Origin: Eledone cirrhosa
Taxonomy: Eukaryota
Length of the DNA: 64,000 nt
Direction: 5' to 3'
Assembly: GCA_964016885.1 (NCBI GenBank)
Contig: OZ024750.1
Coordinates: 5,270,001 to 5,334,000, forward strand
In this document: positions 24,950 through 37,797 of the stretch, piece after piece
Numbering within the stretch: position 1 is the first letter of the stretch
Layout: each line of letters opens with the position of its first letter
Notes under the pieces: generated by a model
Seen by the model: only the letters and a program-made list of their open reading frames with translations
Told to the model about the DNA's origin: nothing
Databases searched by the model: none
Position numbers and translations under genes: made by a program

Positions 24950-25487
24950 CTGCCAATACAAAAGAATCATCAATGTTATTTAGACTATGTAAAGAAAGGT
25001 TTGGTCTTATTCTTGTTATATATTTAGTATTGATTTCTAATTTAGGCACAAGGCCAGCAAATTTTGGAGAAGAGGGCAAAGTTGATTAAATCAGCCCCAG
25101 TACTTCACTGGTACTTAATTTTATCGACCCCAGAAGGTCGAAAGGTAAAGTTGATCTGAACTCAAAACATAAAGAGCCTGATGTTATATATTAATAAGCA
25201 TTAACTTTCTTGATTTTTGTACATTATTCTATGTACTATACATGCACCTTTAATGAGTTGTAGTGCACCTGAGCACTGTACACAATAATTTTCACTATTA
25301 CTATTATTTTAAACCAGCACTAGTTTCCTAGGATCCTACTATTTATTATATTCATTTCTTGTCAGCCATTTTCAATGTTCCCTGCATTAAATACATTAAC
25401 ACTAAAACAACAGACATCTCTGAATTATTATAGACAGCCAACAATTTATTAAAAAAATAAAAAGTGCAGATATATAAATAGTTCATA

Positions 25488-25646
25488 CATGTAAAATTCC
25501 ATTATAACGAATTTTTCAGTATAACGAAATTTTTTTCAATCCCCAGCCAAACGCTTAATGTGTTAGGTCGATCTCATTATAAAGATTTTTTCATTACAAC
25601 AAATTTTTTTGTACCCTGTGAATTTCGTTATAACGGAATTTGACTG
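25488..25646. mobile_element. Tigger/pogo-like MITE in HYKK intron
   Basis: TA-flanked inverted ends CATGTAAAATTCCATTATAACGAA ... TTCGTTATAACGGAATTTGACTG. Confidence 0.7.
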
Positions 25647-25661
25647 TATCAAGAATTTTAC

Positions 25662-25929
25662 CAAAATAATTTTCATCTTTCGAGAGTTCTGCATTGAAAA
25701 TTTTCAGCAGATATCCCTCCGGGTCAATTTCTTTTATGTAAGGATTGGTGTGTTCTTCAGTGACATGAACAAAGTAATTACGATCATCATAACTGATTAG
25801 TTCGGAAAAATCAATCAGTTCTATTCCATAAAGTTGTTTGAGCAAATGTGAAATATTATTTTTAGTCATTTTCATAGGTTTATAGTTGACTAGGTTAAAG
25901 TTGATACACTCTTCTGTTGGATTCGACAT
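25662..25929 (-). CDS. HYKK: HYKK-like first coding exon
   Basis: MSNPTEE...LYGIELIDFSELISYDDRNYFVHV...GYLLKIFN; donor |gtaaaa at 25661; acceptor ctccag| just before the ATG. A possible 5'UTR exon ends at the GTGAGT donor at 26973. The five exons sum to 1200 nt (399 aa + stop). Confidence 0.88.
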
Positions 25930-26324
25930 TCTGGAGAAAAAAATAAATTTAAAATATTTATAATTAGAAATTCAATGATTGAGTCGAAGAATCAATGGAT
26001 TGATAGATGTAAAAGTTGCTGGTTCAAATAATGGTTTCTTATATAGGCACAAGGCCAGCAACTTTGGGGGAGGGGAAAGTCGATTAAATCGACTCCAGTG
26101 CGTGACTGGTACTTTATTTATCGACCCTGTAAGGATGAAAGGCAAAGTTAACCTCGGCGGGATTTGAACTCAGATAATAAAGGGCCGTAACTCCATGCTG
26201 CAAAGCATGGCGTCCGACCCTCTACCGATACTGCTAATCCACCTATTGGTTCAAATAATTCAATTAGAAAGTCATTTCACTCACCATAAATAGTTATGCC
26301 TCTGTACCAACTTTTCCTCATAGG

Positions 26325-26636
26325 AAGGTATTCCGTCGGTTACGACGACGAGTGTTCCAGTTGATCCGATCAGCCAGCTCGTGAAATTAACGTGCAAGTG
26401 GCTGAGCATTCCACAAACACGTGTACCCTTAATGTAGTTCTCGGGGAGATTCGGCGTGACACAGTATGTGACAAGGCTGGGCTTTCGAATTAGAAGTACA
26501 ACTCATTTTTGCCAACTGAATGGACTGGAGCAACGTGAAATAAAGTGTCTTGCTCAAGGACACAACGCGCCGCTAGGAATCGAACTCACGACCTTACGAT
26601 CATGAGCCGAGTTCCCTAACCACAAAGCCACATGCT
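26325..26636 (-). mobile_element. tRNA-derived SINE, family B (about 310 bp)
   Basis: Minus strand reads TGGCTTTGTGGTTAGGG ... GAGTTCGATTCC then GCGTTGTGTCCTTGAGCAAGACACTT. Relatives at about 27755, 28772, 31836, 49290-49550, 53615-54085, 60220. Confidence 0.8.
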
Positions 26637-27319
26637 TTTTCCTCATAACAAACACACACACGACGAGAGGAGAGAGAGAGAGAGGCCAATAAACAATTTA
26701 TCAAATCTTTATCTTCGTCTGGTAAACAACGCTGTTGACGGGACACACGCAAACATATATACACACATTCACACACACACACCACGCACAGCACACACAT
26801 CACATGCACAGCACACTCACACACAGTACACAACAAGCAGACATTTGCGAAATAAACTATAAGATTCATGAAAACTGTTTTGTTTTCAAGACGTCTCAAA
26901 TCTGATAGATAAGTATGTCTATTAATATCACATCTAACCTTTACTCAGGTTTTAGCTTTTTCTCCAAACTCACGATGAGAAAGCAGACTTGTTCCGTATC
27001 AGCTCTTCAAACTTTTCTTACTGTGAACCACAGCAAGAGATGCACTTTGTATTGCGGCTCAATGTGCTTATAAAATCTCTTTAAAAAATTCTATTTTAAT
27101 ACTTTTTTTTTAATATAGCGATCCATTTTATTTATTTTGCGATCCACTAATGGTCTTCAATGGCGGCGAATTGGCAGAGTCGTTAGAACGTCTGATAGAA
27201 TGTCTAACGATGTTAGTTCTGGCTCTGAGACCAAATCCCACCGAGGTCAACTTTGATATTCATCCATTCAAGCGCGATAAAAAAAAGTATGAATCTATAC
27301 TGGGGTCGATTCTTCTTCG

Positions 27320-27380
<61 letters not shown>

Positions 27381-27894
27381 AAGAAGAAGAAGAAGAAGAA
27401 GAAGAAGAAGAAGAAGAAACCGTCTTTATTCAAACCTGGAGAAGAGATGTGATCTGCCAGGTTTAAAAAACCCCAGAAACACTATGTCAATACGATGCTC
27501 CTACGACTCCCTCATGAGTTACGGGACTAAAGAAATATGAAATGTTCTGGGACCCGCAGTTTGAAAAACCTTGTTCTATTATTATATTATGGCCTAATGT
27601 AAAGTCTTGAGCTCAACAATTGCACTTGATGACGTATTGTGTCCTTCGGGGTGTTGCTATATTGATTCACATATATGGACTACTCTGGTGAGCTCCTGTG
27701 TTAATAAATTGTGAAAGGAATAAATAAAGAGCCACATTCAGTAGAATACTTCTGTGTTGTGGCTTAGTGGTTAGGGTGTTCAGCTAATGGTCGTGCGTTG
27801 TGTCCTCGAGCAAGACATTTTATTTAACATTGTTCCAATCTACTCAGCTTGAGATAATGATAAATAAATAGTCAATGATTCTCCCTCCCCCCTC

Positions 27895-28000
<106 letters not shown>

Positions 28001-28436
28001 GATCGAAACCAGTGTTGCAGCATATGTACAAACTTTCAGCTCAGAATACAATCAAAGTGGCAGAGGCCCGGCAGTTCTTCGACATCTCGTCAGATATACG
28101 AGTTTATATCTGCAAAGTCACATAACTAACTCACACACATATATATATATATATATATCATAAAACATGTCTATAGAATCACTAGATAAAATATATACCG
28201 TTTCCTCTCCCAATTAGCATAATTAACCATATAAAAAATCAATTAGACCAAGCTATAAGAATAAAGGCTCCTATGAAGAAATCTCCGACAAATAACCGAA
28301 AGCAGCCCCTTCGCGGCGGTTACGACGGAGTATTTATCGAACATTTCGACACCATGTATAAATCGACCAGATACAGTCAACTAAACATAATTCGGTGTAA
28401 AATAAACTTGGAAGAAATGTGTACATATTTAATTAC

Positions 28437-28510
28437 CTCTACCATGGTTTCGTTCGTATTTTAAGACATCCGATAACAGGGGACATCTAGAGCTTCGGAT
28501 TCATCAGGAG
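28437..28510 (-). ncRNA. Type I hammerhead ribozyme-like motif, degenerate stem II
   Basis: Minus strand: CUC-CUGAUGA-(49 nt)-GAAA-CCAUGGU-A-GAG; stem III ACCAUGGU is a perfect palindrome; cleavage triplet GUA. Confidence 0.5.
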
Positions 28511-29132
28511 TTAGCTCAAATTTAGACAATTAATTTTCCAAAGTGATCGCGCCAACAATACATTCAAAAATAGCTAAGAATCGTGACGTGGCAGCGGTCA
28601 AGTTAGAAAGGATGTGATTAGTTGCTTACGGCTGGTAGGTTTATTGCTAGAAAGCGCAGCCCAATACAGCCAAATTGTATCTGAACCTAACGGGAGATTA
28701 TTACATATAAAGGTTTACATATATATAAATAAAGTCATAGATATATATGCATTTTGCATATATATATAGTGAAGGGGTGTGGCTGAGTGGTTAGAGAATT
28801 GGATTCACAATCTTGAGATTGTGAGTTAGATTCCTGGACCGGGCGATGCGTTATGTCTTTGAGCAAGACACTTTATTTCACGTTGCTCCTTCTACCTGGA
28901 GTTGCGACCGATAGATAGTACTAGCAATTGGAAAGACCAACGGAAACATTGTTCCCTCGGTCCGATTTGACGAAAGTCGATCGATCCTTTAATATATATA
29001 TTATCTATGATTTCTCCCGAATGAAACAGTTCTAGTCCTGTAGAAGCCATTTCTATATTAAATATATATCATCTATCTAGATATATTCCCCGCTCTCTCT
29101 CTCTATCTATCTATCTAGCTATCTATATACTA

Positions 29133-30301
29133 AGAAGATCCATCTGCTGCCAACACCCTTCTAACGGAGGGCTGGGGATGCCGTGGTTGACGATGCGCAA
29201 ACACGCGCTCAGGCTGCGGCATCTCTACGTATTCCTCACCGGACAACCGGTGTGGGCCCCGTTCGTGAGGCGAGCCTTCCCACGACTCGTCTCGCTGACC
29301 GAGCTGCAGTCCTGGGTCAAGCAGAGACCGAGGAAAATGGGCGACTGGCACATCGAATGTGCTCAGGCGCTCACAGCCCTCTGGCAGGCGGACCCGGCGA
29401 TCAGTGGAGACTCCACTTCGTCATTCTATAGAGGGTTGGTCCGCAGCAAGTGCGACGACGCGCTCGGTGAAACTCTGGGCGTGGAGGAAGATGAACTGGC
29501 CAGTCTGTTCGGTAGGACCTTCCGCCCGGGACCGATGGACAACTTCCAAAAGTCCCTGGCCTGGCAGTGCTACCGAGGAGCTCTACCAGTTCGAGACAAG
29601 CTCTACAGACATGGGCGCCCGGGCAGGGACCCTGCAAAAAAGATCTGTCCGAGGTGCGTGCGAGACGAAGAAACCGTCGCGCACGCATTCATACACTGCC
29701 CGGGCGTCACTGACCTGTGGGGCTATGTGGAACGACTATTGTCGCGGGTGGGACCAATCCAGTTGACCACCGAGTCCATTGTCATGATCAAACCGCCACC
29801 CTCCTTCAAAAACGAAGGAGAGGCGGTTTTCCTTTGTGTGATAGCTATGGCGAAAGAGGTTGTATGGTGGACAAGGTTGAAAGGGCTGAGGTCAGACACC
29901 TTTCTCTCCGGCCAACAACTGATTCTTTTTTTCAAATACCACTTTGGAAGAAGAATCAGGATGGAGAGAGAGGTGCTGTACCCCAGCAAGTTTTATGAAA
30001 GGTGGGTGAAAGTGGCGAGAATGGCCCGAGTGAATGGGCCTTCTCTCTATATCAGCCTGTAGGTTGAGGAAAAGGAGGAGGAGAGGAAAGGAGTACAAGC
30101 TCTTCGTACTCCTGGAGATGAGGGTTGCACATTTTTTTCGGGGGTCTGTGTTACCCATATAAACTGTCTCCCTCTATTGGGGAAAATCGACTAACTTTTA
30201 AATTCCATCTGTGATAACATTTTACACGTTTTTATTGTATGTAAACTTCCCCCTTTGTATTTGTCCCCTTCTTTTGTGCCCCTGTGGCTAATAAAGAAAT
30301 A
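29133..30301 (+). mobile_element. 5'-truncated Tx1/L1-clade LINE (C-terminal RT-associated and zf-RVT region)
   Basis: GC-rich open frame NGGLGMP...WQCYRGALPVRDKLYRHG...ICPRCVRDEETVAHAFIHCP to the stop at 30062, a 3'UTR ending AATAAAGAAATA, and a 13-bp TSD TATCTATATACTA at 29120-29132 and 30302-30314. Confidence 0.9.
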
Positions 30302-30456
30302 TATCTATATACTAGTTCAACATCTTCACCTCACCTTTCTTCTCAAATGTTTACACCACTCTTCTTAGGCATCCGCTTTCTACCAAATTAACCCATCAGA
30401 TTCAGTTTTTTCCCCGACTCATTTCTTCTCTCGTACAACAAAAACGGAACATTATA

Positions 30457-31003
30457 GGGTCGGACGCCATGCTTTCCAGCAGAGTTACGTCCCTTTACGA
30501 TCTGAGTTCAAATCCCGCCGAGGTTGACTTTGCCTTTCATCCTTACGGGGTCGATAAAATAAAGTACCAGTAATGCACTGGGTAATTGCTGGCCTTGTGC
30601 CTAAAGTAGAAACAATTATATTTGATGGATTGGCAGTATCGGTAGAGAGTCGGACGCCATGCTTTGACGCGTAGACTTACGGCCCTTGCCATTCTGAGTT
30701 CAAATCCCGCCGAGGTTAACTTTGCCTTTCATCCTTACGGGGTCGATAAAATAAAGTACCAGTAATGCACTGGGTAATTGCTGGCCTTGTGCCTAAAGTA
30801 GAAACAATTATATTTGATGGATTGGCAGTATCGGTAGAGAGTCGGACGCCATGCTTTGACGCGTAGACTTACGGCCCTTGCCATTCTGAGTTCAAATCCC
30901 GCCGAGGTTAACTTTGCCTTTCATCCTTACGGGGTCGATAAAATAAAGTACCAGTAATACACTGGGTTAATTGCTGGCCTTGTGCCAAAAGTAGAAACAA
31001 TTA
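30457..31003 (+). repeat. Head-to-tail triplet of family-A SINEs (192-bp period)
   Basis: Copies starting at about 30625 and 30817 are nearly identical and share the linker TATTTGATGGATTGGCAG. Confidence 0.85.
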
Positions 31004-31552
31004 TATTTATAGACTCTTTGTACACAATAAACATTTCTATTCTTCAGAACTATATACATCCTCAAGTTTAACTAACAAGTCAACAAAAAGATGGTCGCCG
31101 TTTGCAAATATTGCTTTTTTATATAAGCTCAAGGCCATCAATTTTTGGGGAGGGGAAAGTCGATTAAATCGACGCCAGTGCGTGACTGGTACTTTATTTT
31201 ATCGACCCCGTAAGGATGAAAGGCAAAGTTAACCTCGGCAGGATTTGAACTCAGATTTGCAAATATTACAATAAGAGTATATCTATTTCTCCCATGTGTG
31301 CTTACACACGTGTAAATAAAATGTATAAATACATATACTCAGAGACATGCACCACTCACTCATACATATATATATATATATATATATCAAATATAACACA
31401 CACACACACACGTACATACAAACATACACACACACACATAGAAGCACACACACACAGACACGTACATACAAACATACACAGACACACACATACATAGACG
31501 CACATACAATCATATAAACATACACACAGGTACATACATGCATGCATGTATG

Positions 31553-31636
<84 letters not shown>

Positions 31637-32086
31637 CATGCATGCATGTATGTACGTGTGTGTGTGTGTGTGATATTTGATATATACAATAACCTAGAAG
31701 CTAAGGAAAACTTATAAATGTTTAGATAAAGTTGAAACAGAGGAAGAAGGAGCAATAGAATCAAAGCAGAACTTTAGTTTAGCGACATAAACACCAAAAT
31801 AAGTGACATCAGCGGCTGTTGATATTTGGCGGGATCTCCATCGGTTACGACGAGTGTCTTCCAGTTGTTCGAAGAATCGAACAGTCTGTTTGTGAAATTA
31901 ACGTACAAGAGGCTGACCAATCCACAGACACGTGTACCCATAATCTAATTCTCAGGGAGATTCAGTGTGGCACAAGGCTGGCCCTTTTTTTTAAATTACA
32001 AATTCTTCCCTCCATTTCTTCTCATTTATGGCATTATTAGTCCTTTCTAATACTGCTTTCTGTTTCTGTATGTTTATATAATTCAA

Positions 32087-32831
32087 GAGAGGTTGCCCGG
32101 TACTTCTCGCGGCGCTGCTGTCGTTTGCTCTGGTGTTGGCTCCGTTGTTCACCCCTTTCCTTTACATTTTCTTCAATATCGCAACATTAAAAGGATATAT
32201 TTATAATGTTATCTAAGGATTTATAATGTTATTTATGTATATATTTAAAACATATTTGTTATGTTATTCTACTGTAAATTTATTTATATGCTTTGTATAA
32301 TAAATGTGAAAAGTGTATTGCTCTGTAAGACAACATTTTTAAAAAACTACGAAATAAAACTATATATTTAGTACAACTATTTTATTGTTTCATGTCCTCA
32401 TAGCCGGCACGGACTGGAATCGAATTCTGTCGATCGATTGGTTATTGATTAGGCGAAACCCGCTGATGAAGTCACATGAACCGCTTGTGCCTTGTTGCAT
32501 AATATGCAGACAGATGGTGCTGTGCACTCTACTGCTGCATTAAATGTGGCTGAAACTCGAGTTCGGGAATAATTGAAGTTTTTTTTTTAATATTTTCACA
32601 TTTATTATACAAAGCATATAAATAAATTTACAGTAGAATAACATAACAAATATGTTTTAAATATATACATAAATAACATTACAAATGTTTAGATAACATT
32701 ATAAATTGCTCGCGATTCTTTCAGAAGGACATATTCTTTTAATGTTGCAATATTAAAGAAAATGCAAAGGAAGGAGTGAACAACCGAGCCAACACCAGAG
32801 CAGCACCGCCAGGAGTACCGAGCAACCTCTC
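32087..32831. mobile_element. Foldback/MITE-like element with inverted arms of about 230 bp
   Basis: Left arm 32087-32312 (GAGAGGTTGCCCGGTACT...) is the reverse complement of right arm 32593-32831 (...AGTACCGAGCAACCTCTC), with small indels. No clear TSD. Confidence 0.85.
32459..32567 (+). ncRNA. Type I hammerhead ribozyme motif with long loop II insertion
   Basis: CCCG-CUGAUGA-AGUCACAU...AUGUGGCU-GAAA-CUCGAGU-U-CGGG; stems I and II pair; stem III ACUCGAGU is a perfect palindrome; triplet GUU. Confidence 0.72.
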
Positions 32832-33139
32832 TAATAATTTTTTAGGCAAGCCAGCACACTCGCAGCGTTGCCTCGGGTGATAGCGAGGCTAATGCGCGAG
32901 AACAACCAAGCGCCCTCGCGAGATTCGCCAGTTACCTCTATTAGGCGAGAGGTACCCGTTTACATGTGTTGTATTGAAGCGAGTAACTGTGTGTATACTC
33001 TGGAACTTTATTTAGCATTACCTATTGAGTACGCTGAGATGCAACCAGTCCTAGCAGTGATACCCATGCTAGTTCCGTCAACCTATTATATAGATAGATA
33101 GATATAGATAGAAATATGTGAATATCTGTGTGTGAGTAT

Positions 33140-33222
<83 letters not shown>

Positions 33223-33507
33223 GAGAATGTGATTATGCAAAGAAACAGGACTTACTTGAGCTGATGCCACGTATCGCGTTGGAAGTTGAGATAGAATTAA
33301 TCGTCTGCTTTTTGATAACAGCTAAAAAAATGAATGTAATAGTTTGACAACCTCTGTAATCACAAGTTTACAGATTATTTTTCACCGAATTTATCTAATT
33401 GAAAACAGTCGGAAATCTTACACGGCGTGTATAGCATGTGTGTTTCTCACGCGTACACAACCATGTACCCTAATACAGTGACAGTCGTGGCTTCAGCAGC
33501 AGTCGGC

Positions 33508-33570
<63 letters not shown>

Positions 33571-33572
<2 letters not shown>

Positions 33573-33649
33573 GGGTGTCCCCCCAAATATATACACACTT
33601 CAACAGCATTCTAATAAATATGTGTATACATTTTTGGGGACACCCTCTG
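33571..33649. mobile_element. Tiny Tc1/mariner-type MITE
   Basis: TA|CAGGGTGTCCCCC...ATATACACA ... TGTGTATACATTTTTGGGGACACCCT; related copy at about 52289-52385. Confidence 0.6.
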
Positions 33650-34350
33650 TGTGTGCGTATATATATATATTTTTTTTTTATATATATACGAACACGCATA
33701 TTTACTATAATTAAAATTTCATTCACTTAACATGTTATACTAAATAATTGTTTCTACTTTAGGCACAAGGCCAGCAATTATTCAGTGCATTACTGGTACT
33801 TTATTTTATCGACCCCGTAAGGATGAAAGGCAAAGTCAACCTCGGCGGGATTTGAACTCAGATCGTAAAGGGACGTAACTATGCTGGAAAGCATGGCGTC
33901 CGACCCTCTACCGATACTGCCAATCTACCGCCCTAACATGGCGTCCGACCCTCTACCAATACTGCCAATCCACCGCCCTTATACTAAATAATATATTATA
34001 TATATATATATGCAGGATATCCGCAGATAAAAAGCCAAAGAAAACAATGCTCAAGAGAGCTTATTTAGTATAAGGTCGCGCAAACATGTTAAGTGAATGA
34101 AATTTTAATTACACTAAATATGTGTGTGTGTATGTATGTATATATATATTGAGTAAAATGACAGGAGGCTGGACAGATTCAACACAAACGAAGATGGATG
34201 AGTTGCATTACGTCGAGTGCTTTTCCTAATATTACATCAAGGTTGACTACACGGAATGACCAGTTCTATCCAGCGTTGAACCAACTAACCTATATATATA
34301 ATTAAAAATCAACTAACCTATATATATATATATATATATATTATTATTAT

Positions 34351-34408
<58 letters not shown>

Positions 34409-34595
34409 AAACAAACACATCAAACAATCCTGATTAATGTGTTTCTTTTCTTTTATATATATATATTTCAATCGATTTTTAATTGAATGCTAATAAATGC
34501 TCGGATCTATCCCTTAGAATCTTTGAGCTTATTCTACAGAGGGTATGGCGCATGTTTCTCAGACGTGAGACATGATATCCTTAATCTAATTTTGG

Positions 34596-34666
<71 letters not shown>

Positions 34667-37336
34667 AATAGTAGAGAGAAAAGGGATTTTTTCAGTAGAA
34701 AATGCTGAAGAGATTCTTTCAGTATAATATCAAATATATTTATTTATAAAGTGGATATTTCCGCATTTAATAATGGTACCGGTTTCAGCATTATATGCTT
34801 TTTCAACTGCGGATATGCATGGTGTAGTTATGTTGCATATTTATACGAATAATAAAAAGGGGAAGAAAAATTATTAGTTTTTACATGCATATTTAGAGGG
34901 GAGAGTTCATATTTCTGTCCGTGTTCTCTGTTAGTAGGAAAAGATTCAGGACCCTGACGACTGAGCTCCGACCGTCTCGACAGCTAGATCCGAACTAAGT
35001 CACCAGTATTAGAACGGCGAGCATCTAGCTGAACTTATCAAGGGATATAGTTCATATATGGGCATGCAGTCAAAGCAAAAAAGCAAAAATATCTAAGAAC
35101 AGAAATCCTAAAAGTTAGTTATTTTTCTTGTCGGTCATTGGGAGTGATCAATGATCTGGGATGTCGTGTATTAGTTCAATACCTTCACAGCGGCGAGGGG
35201 CCTAAACAAGCCTGAAAAACAAAGGGGAAGGGGTAAGAAGGCAGTCTGACCAGAGGATGTCAAGACAGTCAGGTGTGCACACACGGCAGAGATTTAATCC
35301 TATACAAATCTTTCAAAGAGATAGGGAAAAAAACGAGAAAAGAATATAATTTCAGCGTGTAAGAATCAAAGGTGATAGTTAGAAAGTTTAAGTTAAGTTT
35401 GCCTAATCTAACACTTGACTAAAGAGCAAAGCATTTATATTTTAATACTAATTCACTTCTTGATAAAGAAATCTACTTATCAATTACTCTAAGGCACAGG
35501 AAGGACACCTCATACACTAATTTACTTGTTTTTTCTTTTATATTCAGACACCCAAATTTGTTCACTTTTGTTAAAATATACATACAACTCTATGGAACTG
35601 GCTGAACAGATAGCTATGACACCTTACTAGACAACCTGGTAGGATTGTCACAGTTATTGTAGAATTATTGACATTTCAGCGATATATATATATAAACACC
35701 TGACTGATAAAATGACAAGTCAGTCAATCATATTGGTGGCCTCCCCACAGCTCCGGTGGACAGAATGGAGAAGGTGTTTACCCGGAGGACGGCAAGGGAT
35801 TGATGTTTTGGGTGTCTGTACACACACACATACACATACATAAAAACATTGCAATATAGTTAGATGCAATAAAGGCATTCATACCGCATAATCTTTCACG
35901 CGGGATAAGAAGAAACGCGTTCAGGTTTTAAGTAAAGAGGTCTGCTCGAAAAATATATTGCAGTCTAACGATGCAAAATCTGTGGCTCTGGTATGTAGAT
36001 TTGGATAGAGGATGAAAACTCCACTCTTCAGGAGTGGTGCCAGAAAAGATTACACAAGCGAGAGTGGACATACTCACACGTCTCCGTCTGCCCGAATGTG
36101 TTATGGATTGGAACCCATTGGGAGGGAAGATTTGCCTCTTGAAGCTTCTGCTAAAAGAAAGGTCTCTGTGTATGTGGTGCAATTCCAAGGCTATGGGAAA
36201 TGATACTTTCCCAAAATGCCACGATCTAATAGTTGCATAGACGTGGCATGGTCAAACAGTTAACCATTCGGCTAGGCCGCATCCATGTGTGTGTGAAAGT
36301 GTGTATGCATGTATATGTTTAAATGTGTGTAGGGGTGCATGTGTGTGTGAGAGAGAGTGTATGTGTGCATGTACGTATGTATATGTATGTGTCCGTATGG
36401 TAATATCTATATACATTTTTTTAAATGAGAACTAAATGATTTTGTGTCAAAAAAGTACAAAATGAAATAAAACTGGAACAGGCAGACGATAGATTAAGTT
36501 CGCAACATTTCCGTTTTGGAAGAAAATTATCCAATTTTCACAATTGTCATCTAAACGACTGAGAACGCTTGATTTTATTTCTATTTTTTATTGTATGTTG
36601 TTTTACTGTTACAGACAGGAACCATTGTGTCTGAACACGTGATCAGAAATGGTGAGAAAACCAAATAGATGAGGCAACAGACAAAGCAGGGTATTACAGG
36701 GGCGGACCATTGAGTTATGTCCCTTTATGTTCTGTGTTCAAATCCCGCCGAAGTTAGCTTTGCTTTTTATCTTTACGGGGTTGATAAAATAAAATACCAG
36801 TTACACACTTGGGTCGATTTAAAAAGCGCTGAGTAGACTGAAGTGACGTGAAATAAACTGTTTTGCTCAGACACAACAATGGCGCTCAACCTTACTTATG
36901 TGCCTTCATATACATGTACCGAACAATCTCATTAGGAAATAAAATATCGTAAATAACAACTAGCAATATATCTGAGAAAATACGAGAAATATATCTTAAG
37001 GACATTTCAAATGAAGAAAATAAATCTAGGTTATTGTGGCAGCGTAAACAACTGTTTCTTGGCGAGTATGAAGAATATATATATATAGAGAGAGGAAGTT
37101 ATAGTTCACTTGAAGCATTGTGTAATGAGGTATAAACGTTTGTATTTGTAAAGCGAAAACAATGTAGGTATGGACATAGAATAAAAATGCAAATGCAAAA
37201 GATATAGTTGACAATTAGTCTTTTACCTTAAATTTATTTAAATGTCCTTAATTTTCGAGATAATATCTCTTCTTCGGAGGGAAGTAAAGCGGCTAAACCA
37301 GTGTTCTAAATAAGTTGACAAAAGTTTATATATATA

Positions 37337-37797
37337 TGTACAGCCACCAGAAATAACATCCGTGAAATATACAGCGCCATCTAACTGTTAGCTAGCTACC
37401 CCACCGTGAAACAAAAGAACCCTTAGAAACTAGCAGAATAAACGCCTACACAACGGCTAAACATCAAACGATTATTTCTGTATAAATAGAGTGGATACAA
37501 ACACTTCGACAGTCGACTTTTGGCAGAGTCAGCTAACACATCGGTGTTCCTTTACTCTCTCACTCACACACGCCTTATACCTCGTATCGTCGCTTCATGT
37601 GAAAATAAATAGCTGATCGAATTTACATCTCGCCTTGCTTCGTCCTTTCAACTTGTGCTTTCGTATGTCTATACTCAACAGTTCTTTTAAGGGCTATCTT
37701 CAGATCTGATCAGACCGTATGCGATAACAGTCCTTCTAAGGGCTATTCTCGGATCTGATCAGAAGTAGTGACCAGACTGACTAACCACGTCGCTACA
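37337..37797 (+). mobile_element. Solo LTR (about 461 bp), copy 1
   Basis: TGTA...TACA termini within TATA flanks, TATA box TATAAATA near 37481, AATAAA at 37604, an internal imperfect direct repeat of about 40 bp. Confidence 0.65.

Noticed and set aside
31283-31764. YI/CV/HT-rich ORFs (also near 26600, 27150, 27840, 33022, 33427, 54134)
   Set aside because: Translations of (TA)n, (CA)n, (GA)n and (GAA)n microsatellites.
35928-36240. Short ORFs inside the duplicated unit as a duplicated gene
   Set aside because: No recognisable domain or consistent exon chain; identity between copies only reflects the duplication.
37240-37285. Minus-strand CCGAAGAA-GAGAT/ATCTC-GAAA hammerhead-like motif
   Set aside because: The core is mutated and no convincing stem III or cleavage triplet follows; too degenerate to call.
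37372-37383. CAGCGCCATCTA CTCF-like motif (similar at 32511-32522)
   Set aside because: A short motif inside repeats; function cannot be supported from sequence alone.
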